Counted from the stretch's first letter, positions 1-9,994 are shown. The stretch: DNA of 64,000 nucleotides from an uncultured Gemmatimonadaceae bacterium (GCA_964518955.1 CAZFHS010000005.1:67175-131174); one strand, 5' to 3'. Program-made: numbers and translations. The notes: a model not told the origin generated them from the sequence alone.

Positions 1-38
1 GTGGTGGGCTAACCGCGTAGGCATTAAGGAGCAATGAT

Positions 39-140
39 ATGAGTCTCGGCGGCTGGATAATGATGATCGCGGTGCTCGGTTGCGTATGGGGCGGCTTTGT
101 GTATTTGCTCCTTCAGGTGATAAAGCAGAGGCAGGATTGA
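39..140 (+). CDS. 33-aa single-helix membrane micro-protein (candidate small subunit of an NSS-type transporter, MetS-like)
   Basis: Below the ORF-track cutoff. ATG at 39 has AAGGAG about 8 nt upstream. It encodes MSLGGWIMMIAVLGCVWGGFVYLLLQVIKQRQD, one hydrophobic helix plus a basic tail. An upstream ORF ends at TAA 10-12. The resemblance to MetS-type small subunits is from memory only. Confidence 0.4.
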   Translation: MSLGGWIMMIAVLGCVWGGFVYLLLQVIKQRQD

Positions 141-171
141 GAGGACATCCGCAACAGATGAGTGGTAACCA

Positions 172-1101
172 ATGATATGGCAAACACGATGGCTTGCACC
201 GAGCACACGCTTGGCCCCGGCCATCGTGTTGTTTCTATGCGCCTGTGGACATCAACAGAGCGAACCAGGTTCGCCTGACCTCATGAGCATTCTACCTTCC
301 CAACTCGCCGGGTGGACTCTGGAAGATTCCACGGTTACCTACGATCGCGAGACGATTTTCGACTATATCAACGGCGCCGGTGAGGTTTACCGGTCGTATG
401 CGTTCAGCGAGGTCGTTGTCGCTCGGTACTCCGCAGCGGAGCGATCGGACGTTCTCGTCGAACTGTTTGACATGGGTACCCAAGATGATGCTTATGGCGT
501 CTTCAGTTATGCGAGGGAAGCCGAGGATGAGGGGATCGGCGGCGGGTACGAGCACAAAGGCGACGTACTGTGCTTCTGGCAGAACCGGTACTACGCATGC
601 CTGGCACTCGATGATCTTAATTCGGGATCGGACAGTAGCCTGGTCGAGATGGCAACCGAGTTGTCAGAGCACCTGCCGGCGGAGTCAGAGCGTCCGCATT
701 TGGTAGGAATGTTGCCAACTGAGAGACTCCTACCCCACAGCGCACGATTCTTCCATCTGCACCAGGCTCTCAACTACCACTACTACCTCGCACGGGAAAA
801 TCTGCTCAACCTCGGCACAGAAACCGATGTGGTCTTCGCGCGATACCAACCTGGTGCCGTCATATTAGTGATGATTCGCTACGACTCCGAACGTTCTGCA
901 AGCGCAGCCCTGGCATCATTCAGAGCAGGGTACATGCCAGAAGCAGGTGACGGACGCACACAAATGACAGAGAACGGCAAGTTCGTAGCAAGCGATCAAG
1001 CGGGCCAGCATGTGATCGTGGTTCTCGACGCCGAGTCTGAGAATTCAGCCGTCAGCCTGGCCCGAGCAGCTGTGGAGAGAGTGACTAGTCCCATCAACTG
1101 A
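172..1101 (+). CDS. hypothetical lipoprotein
   Basis: 309-aa ORF. The N-terminus APAIVLFLCACGHQQ looks like a signal peptide with a lipobox-like Cys. No family recognised. Confidence 0.55.
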   Translation: MIWQTRWLAPSTRLAPAIVLFLCACGHQQSEPGSPDLMSILPSQLAGWTLEDSTVTYDRETIFDYINGAGEVYRSYAFSEVVVARYSAAERSDVLVELFDMGTQDDAYGVFSYAREAEDEGIGGGYEHKGDVLCFWQNRYYACLALDDLNSGSDSSLVEMATELSEHLPAESERPHLVGMLPTERLLPHSARFFHLHQALNYHYYLARENLLNLGTETDVVFARYQPGAVILVMIRYDSERSASAALASFRAGYMPEAGDGRTQMTENGKFVASDQAGQHVIVVLDAESENSAVSLARAAVERVTSPIN

Positions 1102-1111
1102 GGACCAAGCC

Positions 1112-2029
1112 ATGAAGAAGGTCAGTTCGTCTTTCACCCGACGAGAGTTCATGAAGGGTGCCGGCGGTGCGGCGTTGGGCATCGCGGCGGGGCTACCTAC
1201 CATGTCCTGTAGAGGCGAAGAAGCAGAAGCGGAGTCAGCCCCGCTTGCTAGCTCCAGAGTCATTCTCATCCGAAACGAAAACGTCGTCGGCGAGGATGGT
1301 GCCATCGATGCGACACTCGTTCAACAGATGATGGATGAGGCGGTAGTGACTCTGTTCGAAAAACCGAGTGCAGCTGCATGTTGGCGCGACATCATTCAAC
1401 CCAGCGATGTCGTCGGCATTAAGACGAACGTCTGGCAGAATCTGCCAACCCCAGCAGCCGTGAATGACGCGCTGAAGAACGGCGTACTTTCAGCAGGCGT
1501 GCCCGAAGAGAACATAGCGACTGCCGATCGCGGCCTCGTGAACAACGAGTTGTTCCAGAACAGTACGGCGCTCATCAACACACGACCGATGCGCACACAC
1601 TCGTGGTCTGGTGTTGGGAGTCTGATCAAGAACTACATCACTTTCGTGCCGAGGCCGCCCGACTATCACGACGACGCATGTGCGAGCTTGGCAACACTGT
1701 GGGACTTGCCGGTCACTCGAGGAAAGACCCGGCTGAACGTGTTGGTGATGCTGACTCCGCAATTCCACAACGTTGGGCCGCACCATTTCGATGCAAGCTA
1801 TGTGTGGACCTATGGCGGGCTGATCGTAAGCACCGACCCGGTAGCTGCAGATGCCATAGGGCTTCAAATCATCCAACAAAAGCGGCGCTTGGCTTTCGGA
1901 GAGGATAGACCTCTCCAGCCCACGGCACATCACATCGCGTTGGCAGACACCGAACACCATCTCGGAAACGCCGACATGAACAACATCGAACTCATCTCGC
2001 TGGGGTGGGAGACTGACATGCTGCTTTGA
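1112..2029 (+). CDS. Tat-exported DUF362-like protein
   Basis: Twin-arginine signal (FTRREFMKGAGGAALGIAAG). The VVGIKTNVW motif and C-terminal DPVAADAIG...HHIALAD...LGNADMNNIELISLG resemble the DUF362 family pattern. Confidence 0.6.
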   Translation: MKKVSSSFTRREFMKGAGGAALGIAAGLPTMSCRGEEAEAESAPLASSRVILIRNENVVGEDGAIDATLVQQMMDEAVVTLFEKPSAAACWRDIIQPSDVVGIKTNVWQNLPTPAAVNDALKNGVLSAGVPEENIATADRGLVNNELFQNSTALINTRPMRTHSWSGVGSLIKNYITFVPRPPDYHDDACASLATLWDLPVTRGKTRLNVLVMLTPQFHNVGPHHFDASYVWTYGGLIVSTDPVAADAIGLQIIQQKRRLAFGEDRPLQPTAHHIALADTEHHLGNADMNNIELISLGWETDMLL

Positions 2030-2051
2030 GTCTCAACCGAGTCTTGCAGGT

Positions 2052-2084
2052 TACCGCTCGGAAGCAATGTTCTTCCGAGCGGTA
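2052..2084. terminator. 13-bp perfect inverted repeat between convergent genes
   Basis: TACCGCTCGGAAG / CAATGTT / CTTCCGAGCGGTA. No clear U-tract on either side. Confidence 0.4.
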
Positions 2085-2111
2085 GCTCCATCCCCGCTTT
2101 GCCCAAACTTC

Positions 2112-2645
2112 TCAAGCAATTTCGTTTACGATTCCCTGGATGCGACCAAGAGTGTCGACGTATCGTGAGAAATACGCACGTGCCATCACCGTCATCATAT
2201 GTAACCCGACTTGTGGATTGTGTTCGAGGAGCTTGCGGAACGGCGTGACTTCGACTGCCAGCACCGTGCTGGTTTCACTGCACTTGGCCACGGTCATGTG
2301 TCTGTCTGAGCCGAGAAGCGGCGAAAGCCCAAAGATGTCGCCCCTGCCCAACCGTCCGACAACTAACTGAGACACGTTGTCGGAGGATGGAAGCACCAGG
2401 TTGACTCTCCCCTCCAGCACGATGAAGAAGTGTGAGCCCCGATCTCCTTTCCTGAAAACCAGCTCATCCTTTTCGTAATGCTTCGGCCCAGCGAACGTAC
2501 TGACCTCTTCCACCTCTTCGAAACTGAGGGACTGAAAAAGCTCGTGCCCTTTGATCATTGTCTCGCTCATGATGAGCACCCCCTTTTCATTGGGCCCCGC
2601 ACCGGAGGTCGCTTTGGCCTTCGTGCTTGACACCGGTTTGCTCAA
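2112..2645 (-). CDS. cyclic nucleotide-binding domain protein
   Basis: cNMP-binding beta-roll motifs FRKGDRGSHFFIVLEGRV and GRGDIFGLSPLLG. The true start may be the internal Met (MSETMIKG). Confidence 0.75.
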   Translation of the reverse strand: MSKPVSSTKAKATSGAGPNEKGVLIMSETMIKGHELFQSLSFEEVEEVSTFAGPKHYEKDELVFRKGDRGSHFFIVLEGRVNLVLPSSDNVSQLVVGRLGRGDIFGLSPLLGSDRHMTVAKCSETSTVLAVEVTPFRKLLEHNPQVGLHMMTVMARAYFSRYVDTLGRIQGIVNEIA

Positions 2646-2770
2646 TAAACGAAAGACGCTGAAAAACCACGCGACGTGCAGAACACCGCACGTCGCCGGC
2701 CCACTTCTTCAATTGTCCCCTGCAGCCTCACCCCAATTGCCACCACCTTCCGAATGTTGTTGGCGGCCGA

Positions 2771-4321
2771 TTACTGCGCGGGTTCGAGCGCCTCCGGCTC
2801 GCCGTGCCGCTCGACCTCTGTCGACTTGGTCTTCTCGACCTTCCCCAACACAGCCGGAAGCTCGATTCCCGCCTGTTCTGCCAGGTCGTGCATCGCCGGG
2901 AGGGACCCAATCAGGCTCGAGAGGAAGTTCGCCGTCGAGCCACCCTCTCCCTTGCCGCCTGAACCCGAATCCCACACCGTGATCTTGTCGATCTTGAGAT
3001 TCTGGATGGCCTTGACCTGCTCCGCAACCAATGTGGGTAGTTGCTCGATCATCAGCAGTGTCGAGGCAATCTGCGGATTCTCGGTGCAGGCAAGGATCAG
3101 CCTCTCATACCCTTCGGCCTTGGCCTCGAGCACCTTCTGAGTACCCTCCGCCTCCGCCATGTACTTGGCAAGGATTGCGTCGGCCTCACCACGAGCCTCG
3201 CGGCGCGCACGTTCCGCAGTGGCTTCGGCTTCGATCTCGATTCGTTGCTTCTCGATCTCCTGCTGAGCCAGATCTTCCTTCGACAACCGAGCCAGCTCTC
3301 TTTCACGTTGCGCTTCGAAAATCGCCTTCGCAGCTTCGGCGTCGGCAACGTCGCCGCGTCGTTTCGCCTCTGCACGCACCTCAGCAAGCTTGGCGTTGGA
3401 GTCGGCTATCTGTGCCTGTGACTCGTTTTCGCCTTGTACCGCCTGGGATTCCGCAGACGCGACCTGAATTCGCTGTTCCTGTTCCGCATTCTTTTTGGCC
3501 GCCACAGTCTCAGCTTCCCGTTCCGCGGTGGCGATCTCGTAATCACGCCTGGATTTCACCTCACCCTGGATGGCAACTGCTTCGAGTTCGGCCACCTGAA
3601 CACGCTGATCGCGCTCCGCGTCTTTCTGGCCAGTGGCGCCGTCTCGTTCCTGCTGAGCCACGTCTACCTTGGCACGGTTGATCGCCTCGGCCGCGGCACG
3701 CTTACCGATGGCCTCGATGTATCCGCTTTCGTCGGTGATGTCACGGATGTTCACGTTGATGAGAGTCAAGCCTACCTTGTTGATCTCATCCGCAACGTTC
3801 TCGTTAATCAGATTCATGAACTTCTCGCGATCCTTGTTGATTTCCTCAATCGACAAGGTGGCGATGACGAGGCGTAGCTGCCCGAGGATGATGTCTTGAG
3901 CCTGTTCTTGGACCTTCTTCTCATTGAGATGCAGCAGTCGCTCGGCTGCCAGGTTCATGAGAACGGGATCGGTTGATATGCCGACGGTGAACGTGGCGGG
4001 GACGTTCACACGGATGTTGTTCAGCGACAGTGCACCTTCGAGCGGAATATCGATCACCATCGGTTCGAGGTTCAGGAAACCATAATCCTGCAACAGTGGC
4101 ACCACGAAGGTTGCGCCACCATGCAGGCACCGAGCAGCCTGGCCGGTCCCGACCTTACCATACTTGACCAGGACCTTGTTACTCGGACACCGCTTGTAAC
4201 GCTTGGCAACAAAAACGATGAAGAACAGCAACATCAGCAGGACCGGGCCCAATACCGCCATGACCATGGCCCCACCACCACTGACCAGATCACCCTGCGT
4301 TAAGAAATCGACTGAAAACAT
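2771..4321 (-). CDS. flotillin-like SPFH/Band-7 protein (YqiK type)
   Basis: 516 aa. N-terminal TM helix, SPFH core, then a long Ala/Glu-rich coiled coil (AAEREAETVAAKKNAEQEQRIQVA...). Sits 29 nt downstream of a YqiJ/NfeD-like gene. Confidence 0.85.
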   Translation of the reverse strand: MFSVDFLTQGDLVSGGGAMVMAVLGPVLLMLLFFIVFVAKRYKRCPSNKVLVKYGKVGTGQAARCLHGGATFVVPLLQDYGFLNLEPMVIDIPLEGALSLNNIRVNVPATFTVGISTDPVLMNLAAERLLHLNEKKVQEQAQDIILGQLRLVIATLSIEEINKDREKFMNLINENVADEINKVGLTLINVNIRDITDESGYIEAIGKRAAAEAINRAKVDVAQQERDGATGQKDAERDQRVQVAELEAVAIQGEVKSRRDYEIATAEREAETVAAKKNAEQEQRIQVASAESQAVQGENESQAQIADSNAKLAEVRAEAKRRGDVADAEAAKAIFEAQRERELARLSKEDLAQQEIEKQRIEIEAEATAERARREARGEADAILAKYMAEAEGTQKVLEAKAEGYERLILACTENPQIASTLLMIEQLPTLVAEQVKAIQNLKIDKITVWDSGSGGKGEGGSTANFLSSLIGSLPAMHDLAEQAGIELPAVLGKVEKTKSTEVERHGEPEALEPAQ

Positions 4322-4350
4322 TTGGCGCTCCCTTTACGAAGTTTCGACCG

Positions 4351-4965
4351 TCACAGTTTGGAAACTGTTACGGTGTTGTCGTCGTTGACTTCGATAATTT
4401 TGACCTGGGACTTGGAGTCGATTGCATCCTCGTCCGTTACCGCATTGAAGTAGCGTTGCCGGTCTCCGATCACGAGGCGAACCTGCCCACGCCCCTGACG
4501 TTGTCCCGGTATCTGGAGGTACACATGACCTTCCGTTCCCAACGCGTCCTTGATCGACACGGTACCGCTGCTCTGAAATCCGTAGACGAGCTTGAGGAGT
4601 TTGGCGAGAAGCCAAACCATGCCGGACCCAGCCGCGATCCCAAATAGAACACTGCTCCCGACGCCCAAACCGGCACCCCTGAAGCCACCCAGGCCGGCCC
4701 ACCCAAATCCCATCAGGAAGGTGGCGATGGTCTGGAACGAGAGTACCTGAAATGCGTCAGTGGAGTCGACTGCGTCGTGTGCGTCAAAGTCGGCATCGGC
4801 ATCCATATCGACATCAACATCGATATCCGCATCTATGTCGGTGTCCATATCGCTGTCGCCACCAATCAACATCATTCCGAGGCGAAGCAAGAAGAAGAAG
4901 GTGCCGAGTACTGCGGGGACGCCGAACCAAGCGGCCCCGTGACCAAAGAGAAGATCCATAGTCAC
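4351..4965 (-). CDS. NfeD/YqiJ-like membrane protein
   Basis: TM helices flank an alternating-Asp tract (GDSDMDTDIDADIDVDVDMDADADFDAHD). C-terminal OB-like segment (GHVYLQIPGQRQGRGQVRLVIGDRQRYFNA). Operon partner of the flotillin gene. Confidence 0.7.
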   Translation of the reverse strand: MTMDLLFGHGAAWFGVPAVLGTFFFLLRLGMMLIGGDSDMDTDIDADIDVDVDMDADADFDAHDAVDSTDAFQVLSFQTIATFLMGFGWAGLGGFRGAGLGVGSSVLFGIAAGSGMVWLLAKLLKLVYGFQSSGTVSIKDALGTEGHVYLQIPGQRQGRGQVRLVIGDRQRYFNAVTDEDAIDSKSQVKIIEVNDDNTVTVSKL

Positions 4966-5072
4966 CCTCCAATTACACGTTGGTGGGAGGCTCTGAGGAG
5001 GCGCTCAGTTTTCTACCCACAAAGTTACCAATACGTACGCAGCATTGCTAGTTAGAAGCGGAGTACTCAACA

Positions 5073-5705
5073 TCACGGAATCCCCAACACCTTGTGCACC
5101 TGTAGACTCAAACGCCACGCCGGGTTGCGCAGACAATATTCCGTCGCCAACTCAGTGTTGCGTATTCTATCCGGCCCATCCAACGGTTGCAGAAAGAAAT
5201 GAGCGAAGTCGAAGTCTTCATATGCGGCTGGATCCATGCCATCCTGCGGGTAAACGATCTTGATCTCATCACCCGAATCCTGAATCAAGTCGGTACCAGC
5301 CTTCGGACTGACACAGATCCAGTCGATCCCCTCCGGAGCCGCAATCGTGCCATTGGTCTCGATCGAGATGAGGAAACTGCGAGCACGGAGAGCGGCGATG
5401 AGACTTGCATCCAGTTGAAGCAAGGGTTCACCACCGGTGCATACGACAAACCTCGACCCTTTCGACGGCGGCCACAATCGTTCGACGGCAACAGCCAATT
5501 CATCCGAATCGGAGAATTTGCCGCCGCCTGCGCCATCAACCCCTAGAAAATCGGTGTCACAAAACCGACAAACTGCAGTCTCTCGGTCCTCTTCTTTTCC
5601 CGACCAGAGATTGCAGCCGGAGAACCTCAACAGTACAGCTGGACACCCCGCGTTGGCTCCCTCTCCCTGCAACGTGTAGCGAATTTCCTTAACCGAGTAG
5701 GTCAT
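5073..5705 (-). CDS. queE: 7-carboxy-7-deazaguanine synthase (radical SAM)
   Basis: [27 protein letters not shown]...CRFCDTDF motif. Start chosen at MTYSV, which gives an ATGA overlap with the queC stop. Confidence 0.85.
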   Translation of the reverse strand: MTYSVKEIRYTLQGEGANAGCPAVLLRFSGCNLWSGKEEDRETAVCRFCDTDFLGVDGAGGGKFSDSDELAVAVERLWPPSKGSRFVVCTGGEPLLQLDASLIAALRARSFLISIETNGTIAAPEGIDWICVSPKAGTDLIQDSGDEIKIVYPQDGMDPAAYEDFDFAHFFLQPLDGPDRIRNTELATEYCLRNPAWRLSLQVHKVLGIP

Positions 5706-6409
5706 GAGGTCTGATACTCGATGGGATCCCTCGCGCCGGCCTTTTCGAAGCCCGCTATTCGAAGCGCGCACGCATCACACCTCCCGCACGCGATGCCTTC
5801 CGGGGAAGGATCATAGCAGCTAGATGTCAAACCGAAATCAACACCCAACTCCAGCCCTCTCCCGATGATCTCGTGCTTGGAGAGAGAGATGAGCGGAGTG
5901 TGGATCGTGAGCGCGGAGTCTCCTTCCATGCCGGCGCGTGTAGCAAGCCTGCCCATGGCCTGATAGGCTTCGACGTATTCCGGACGGCAATCTGGATAGC
6001 CACTGTAGTCGACGCAGTTGACGCCGATGAAGATGTCGTAGGCTTCGAGCACTTCAGCCCATGCAAGTGCGTATGAGAGGAAGATTGTGTTGCGCGCCGG
6101 CACGTAGGTGATAGGGATGCCGCTACCGATCGTGTAAGCATCGCGGTCCTTCGGGACCTGCGCATCACTCGTTAGCGCGGAGCCACCGAACACTCGGAGA
6201 TCGATGGGCAATACCACGTGTTGCTCGACGCCCAGCGCCGCTGCAACATTCCTCGCCGCGTTGACCTCGATCACATGCCTCTGCCCGTATTCAAAGGTCA
6301 ACGCAACGAGCGCGAACCCGACATCTCGGGCAATTGCCGCCGCGGTTGCCGAGTCTAGTCCGCCGCTCAGCAACACCACCGCTTTCCGTTGTGACATCAA
6401 CGAGACCAC
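5702..6409 (-). CDS. queC: 7-cyano-7-deazaguanine synthase
   Basis: PP-loop [14 protein letters not shown] and the C-terminal Cys cluster SCYDP...CGRCDAC. Confidence 0.9.
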   Translation of the reverse strand: MVSLMSQRKAVVLLSGGLDSATAAAIARDVGFALVALTFEYGQRHVIEVNAARNVAAALGVEQHVVLPIDLRVFGGSALTSDAQVPKDRDAYTIGSGIPITYVPARNTIFLSYALAWAEVLEAYDIFIGVNCVDYSGYPDCRPEYVEAYQAMGRLATRAGMEGDSALTIHTPLISLSKHEIIGRGLELGVDFGLTSSCYDPSPEGIACGRCDACALRIAGFEKAGARDPIEYQTS

Positions 6410-6436
6410 ACTAGCATACCGTAGATGACACTCCGA

Positions 6437-6892
6437 CTATCGCTGTGAAGCACCGCGCACGGCTCTGGCCACGATACCGATACCACCTCTGACGTTCTGC
6501 GTCACCTCCACCTGAATCTGTGTCGGGCGAATCGCGTAAACGATGTCGTCGGCAATGTGCCCTGCGAGGCCCTCACAAAATTCGCCTTCGTTTCGGTACG
6601 ACCACAGATAGTACTTGAGAGATTTCGATTCCAGACAAAGATCGTTCGGTATGTACTCGATACTGACCGATCCGAAATCAGGTTGTCCCGTGCGCGGACA
6701 CAAGGACGTGAACTCCATCGTGAACATCCTCACCGTCTGCACATCCGGAGCTTCAAAAGCCGCATCCTTCATCATCATGCGTGCTTCGTCGGGGCTCGAC
6801 GGGTTTGGTAGAGGTCCGCGAGCGGGCAGCTCTTGAGATTCCTGCATAAACCATGGGCTCCCGTTACAACGTAGTTGAAAGGTAAGGGCCAA
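6437..6892 (-). CDS. queF: NADPH-dependent 7-cyano-7-deazaguanine reductase
   Basis: FTSLCPRTGQPDFGSVSIEYIP...ESKSLKYYLWSYRNEGEFCE (unimodular QueF motif). The start codon is uncertain, with several in-frame Mets. Confidence 0.85.
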   Translation of the reverse strand: MALTFQLRCNGSPWFMQESQELPARGPLPNPSSPDEARMMMKDAAFEAPDVQTVRMFTMEFTSLCPRTGQPDFGSVSIEYIPNDLCLESKSLKYYLWSYRNEGEFCEGLAGHIADDIVYAIRPTQIQVEVTQNVRGGIGIVARAVRGASQR

Positions 6893-7037
6893 GATTCACC
6901 ACGATCGATTGAGCCGCAAGGGGTGACCCTTGGATACCCACACCCACACCCGTAGGTTACAGTAGTCTCACTGTCCTTTGTTGAGGAGTGTCAATCCTGA
7001 GCCGACTCCTCACCACCAGATTTCGGTGCCTGTAACG

Positions 7038-7301
7038 ATGGCTTCCACGCGCTACTACGCTGTTGACCAGATTAACGGCCAGATCGCCGTGTTGGCGGAT
7101 GATGAAGGCCGCAATGTCGCGTTACCGCTGGCTCGTTTGCCCAAGGGCGTGGCGGCGGGGTGCGTGTTGTCCATCAGATTGGACAATGCCGGTACTCCTG
7201 CATGGTCGTCCGCGGAGATCGATGAGGAAGAGGCCCAACGAAGATCTGCCGAGACTGAGCGACTGAACACCGAGTTCAAAGAACGGAAGCGCCGGGAGTA
7301 G
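7038..7301 (+). CDS. DUF3006-like small protein
   Basis: YYAVDQINGQIAVLADDEGRNVALPLARLPKGVAAGCVLSI resembles the DUF3006 pattern. Start taken at the internal ATG (MASTRYY). Confidence 0.5.
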   Translation: MASTRYYAVDQINGQIAVLADDEGRNVALPLARLPKGVAAGCVLSIRLDNAGTPAWSSAEIDEEEAQRRSAETERLNTEFKERKRRE

Positions 7302-7423
7302 AAACTCTGTGGCCATTCCCCACCAGACATTCGTGTTCGTCGTCACATCGCAAATCCCCCGACATAACTAGTTTGGTCCAAACGGAAGCACAAACTCCTT
7401 TGAGACTGACGAACGGAGGACAC

Positions 7424-8497
7424 ATGTCCCTGCGCAAACGATTCTATGATGCCCTCGGGATCATGTTGGCTTTGAGTGTTTGGGCCTGCGGATCCGACAT
7501 CACCGGCCCTGAAAACGGGAACTTCGACTCTGAGGCGACCACAGCCGGCCTCGACGTTGTTGATGGGGCTTTCGAAACCGCCGCTTTCGCTAGCCTCGAG
7601 GCGCTGGGCGACGATTTCGGCATTCCTGGAGCGTCTGCACCTGCAGCGACCGAATTGCTGAGGGCGGCAACTCGACCGGAGGCCGCCGATTTCTCAGTTC
7701 GCATCAGCGAAGCCGCAAGCGAATTGATGGCTTCCGCAAATGCGCCGGCGATTGTCTTGATCCCGGAAGAGTACCGTGGCCTTACGCTCATATACCATCC
7801 CGAGGAAGGCTACTACGTCGACGAAACCCGTGATGACGCTCCGACGAATGGTGTGAGGTTCATCCTCTATGCGGTGAACCCGGTCACGCACCAGATCACC
7901 GAGCCGCTGACGGAAATCGGCTATGCAGATATCACCGACGAAAGTACCGAGACGGTGGCATCTATCGGACTCGAAGTGGTCTCGGACGGAGTCACGTATT
8001 TGGACTACCTGGTGACTCTGAGTGGGACGATAGTCAACCCGACATTCACCATCTCCGGTTTTCTGATGGACGGTGAGAGCCAGGCCGATTTCACGCTGAC
8101 TCACGCGTACGCCGTGAACATCGCAGGCATAACCATCAACCTCGACTACGAAATCGACGTAGACGATTTCAGCATGGATGTGGCACTCGAGATAGTTGGT
8201 GGCGGCGACCAAGAACCGACAATCTCCGTGGACATAGCGTTCTCTGATGGGTCCAACACTGTCACTATCGCGGGCTCGGTCCAGGATCGACTGGGCACTC
8301 TCGAAGTTCATGGGAACAATGTGCTCTTCGCGGTAATAACGATCGATTCCAGCACAGTCACGGTAACCGACGCCGAAGGCGAACCGCTTACGGATCAGGA
8401 AGTTCAGGCACTGAAGGAACTCATTGAGATCATCGATGAGGCTGAAGAGATCTTCGAAGACCTGCTTGGACCGGTGGAGTTTTTGTTCGACGATTGA
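7424..8497 (+). CDS. hypothetical lipoprotein, acidic C-terminus
   Basis: GGAGGA lies 4 nt before ATG 7424. Signal/lipobox MLALSVWACGSD. No family recognised. Confidence 0.55.
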   Translation: MSLRKRFYDALGIMLALSVWACGSDITGPENGNFDSEATTAGLDVVDGAFETAAFASLEALGDDFGIPGASAPAATELLRAATRPEAADFSVRISEAASELMASANAPAIVLIPEEYRGLTLIYHPEEGYYVDETRDDAPTNGVRFILYAVNPVTHQITEPLTEIGYADITDESTETVASIGLEVVSDGVTYLDYLVTLSGTIVNPTFTISGFLMDGESQADFTLTHAYAVNIAGITINLDYEIDVDDFSMDVALEIVGGGDQEPTISVDIAFSDGSNTVTIAGSVQDRLGTLEVHGNNVLFAVITIDSSTVTVTDAEGEPLTDQEVQALKELIEIIDEAEEIFEDLLGPVEFLFDD

Positions 8498-8556
8498 GAA
8501 ACTGAAGAGAAACTCATGCGATCGCGGCGCTCAACTCGGTGGCGCGATCGCACACC

Positions 8557-8844
8557 CTACCGTTCTCTCGGCAACCCCTTCTGACCTGGCCCAGCACCAT
8601 CGGCTAGTTGGGACAATATCCGTTCATTGAAATCGAGGCGGTCGAAAACTTCCCCCAACTCGTCTCTCATCCCTTCGACACTCCCTCGCAATCCATCGAT
8701 CGATTCCGCGATCTTGGCAGCGTCAGACGATCCGACCTGTGGGCGCCGCTTGACCCAGGCCCACGAAATGATCCCCAGCCCTCCCAATACACCACCGGCT
8801 GTGATCAATGCAGTGAGGACTTGCGCGATCTGATAGCTCTCCAT
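8557..8844 (-). CDS. small membrane protein (one TM plus short coiled coil)
   Basis: Start chosen at MESYQIAQVLTALITAGGVLGGLGIISWAW, with AAGGA upstream. The longer 136-aa version would overlap the divergent gene. Confidence 0.45.
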   Translation of the reverse strand: MESYQIAQVLTALITAGGVLGGLGIISWAWVKRRPQVGSSDAAKIAESIDGLRGSVEGMRDELGEVFDRLDFNERILSQLADGAGPGQKGLPRER

Positions 8845-8952
8845 TTGGGCATCCTTCAAGCGTGGAAGCCCAATATAGCCCCGACGCAACGCTCGGGGCC
8901 ATTCACCGTATCTAACCTCCCAAAGCCTCGCATTCACCATCCGGAGGAGAAA

Positions 8953-9921
8953 ATGGAACTCGAGCACCGTATTGGATTCCTTGGTATAGGTTTGGCGGCA
9001 ATAGCACTAGTTGCCACGCAGACAGACCTACTACCCGTGAGTCTTAGAAGTCTGAACCCGTTCGACACGGCTTCAAACGGCAACGTCTCTGAACCCACCC
9101 AGCGGGGTCGAGAATTGATGTTAGAACGAGAATTCGACGTCAGAGCCGGGGGCAATCTATCGGTCGACGTTTCAGATGCGGACGTAACCGTACGCAGCGG
9201 TGCGGTTGACGGGGCTTCCGTCAAGGTGTTCATGAGGGCACGCGACCGTGCATGGGGCCGCGACGTGTTCGCCAGAATGGAATTCGACGTCGGTTTGCGC
9301 GGAGACGAAATCGGTGTCGTGGCGCAAAGCCCTAGAATTGACAGATCTGAATGGAACGACAACCGCGGGGGAGTGGGATTCCACGTCGAGATTACAGTGC
9401 CCCGATCTTACAACGCGATAATCAGCACTGGCGACGGCGACATCAGCATGAGCGACCTCGAGGGAGAGTTCGATCTCGAGACCTCGGACGGAGACATTGC
9501 GGTGGGAACGTTGACTGGGGTATTGCATCTGCGAACCTCAGATGGCGACGTGAGCGCCGACGGGCTCGAGGGAACGACCATCTCGGTACGAACCAGCGAT
9601 GGCGACGTGAGTATTGGTGCGCTGTCGGGCCCCGCGGAAATCTCTACGAGCGACGGTGACATTCGAGTCGCACTGGATCGAATCGCAGACACCAAGCTAC
9701 GCACCGGAGACGGCGACATCACGATTCTCGCAGCAGGATCGATCAATGCCGACGTTGACTTCAGTGGTGAAGAAGTAAGAATGGGATCGGGATTCCTGCT
9801 AAACGAGGGGCGCGTTTCCGAACACGGAGCACGTGGCGTCCTGAACGGCGGTGGGCCGACGCTGCACGCGCATACCGGAGATGGGACTATTTCGATAAGG
9901 GAAAAAGGAACAGATCGGTAG
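8953..9921 (+). CDS. DUF4097-like beta-strand repeat protein (putative adhesin fold)
   Basis: GGAGGAG before ATG 8953. N-terminal TM (IGFLGIGLAAIALVA). At least six (T/S)xDGD(I/V) repeats, e.g. TSDGDVS, TSDGDIR, TGDGDIT. Confidence 0.6.
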   Translation: MELEHRIGFLGIGLAAIALVATQTDLLPVSLRSLNPFDTASNGNVSEPTQRGRELMLEREFDVRAGGNLSVDVSDADVTVRSGAVDGASVKVFMRARDRAWGRDVFARMEFDVGLRGDEIGVVAQSPRIDRSEWNDNRGGVGFHVEITVPRSYNAIISTGDGDISMSDLEGEFDLETSDGDIAVGTLTGVLHLRTSDGDVSADGLEGTTISVRTSDGDVSIGALSGPAEISTSDGDIRVALDRIADTKLRTGDGDITILAAGSINADVDFSGEEVRMGSGFLLNEGRVSEHGARGVLNGGGPTLHAHTGDGTISIREKGTDR

Positions 9922-9994
9922 GCAGCATATTTGTGAGCTCCCAGCGGCTTGCAGGCTGCACCTATCTGCGAGCAGCTGGCTGCTCACGTTCAAA

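Noticed and set aside
4966-5072. Hairpins between queE and the YqiJ-like gene as a possible regulatory leader
   Set aside because: These are short imperfect stems (CTGAG/CTCAG and CCTCC..GGAGG). They are compatible with an ordinary queE terminator and RBS context, and nothing is distinctive.
5073-6892. Incomplete queuosine cluster (queF-queC-queE without queD) as an anomaly
   Set aside because: queD, folE and tgt are often encoded elsewhere in the genome. Absence from a 64-kb window is not informative.
6893-6977. preQ1 riboswitch upstream of queF
   Set aside because: I looked on the minus strand for the preQ1-I/II signatures (short P1 hairpin followed by an A-rich tail with CUA..GG). I found only a generic AAGGG-UCAC-CCCUU hairpin, so there is no support.
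8608-8952. N-terminal 115-aa extension of the DUF4097-like ORF
   Set aside because: The extension overlaps the divergent small membrane protein gene and lacks an RBS. The internal ATG at 8953 has GGAGGAG upstream and is followed immediately by a TM/signal segment.
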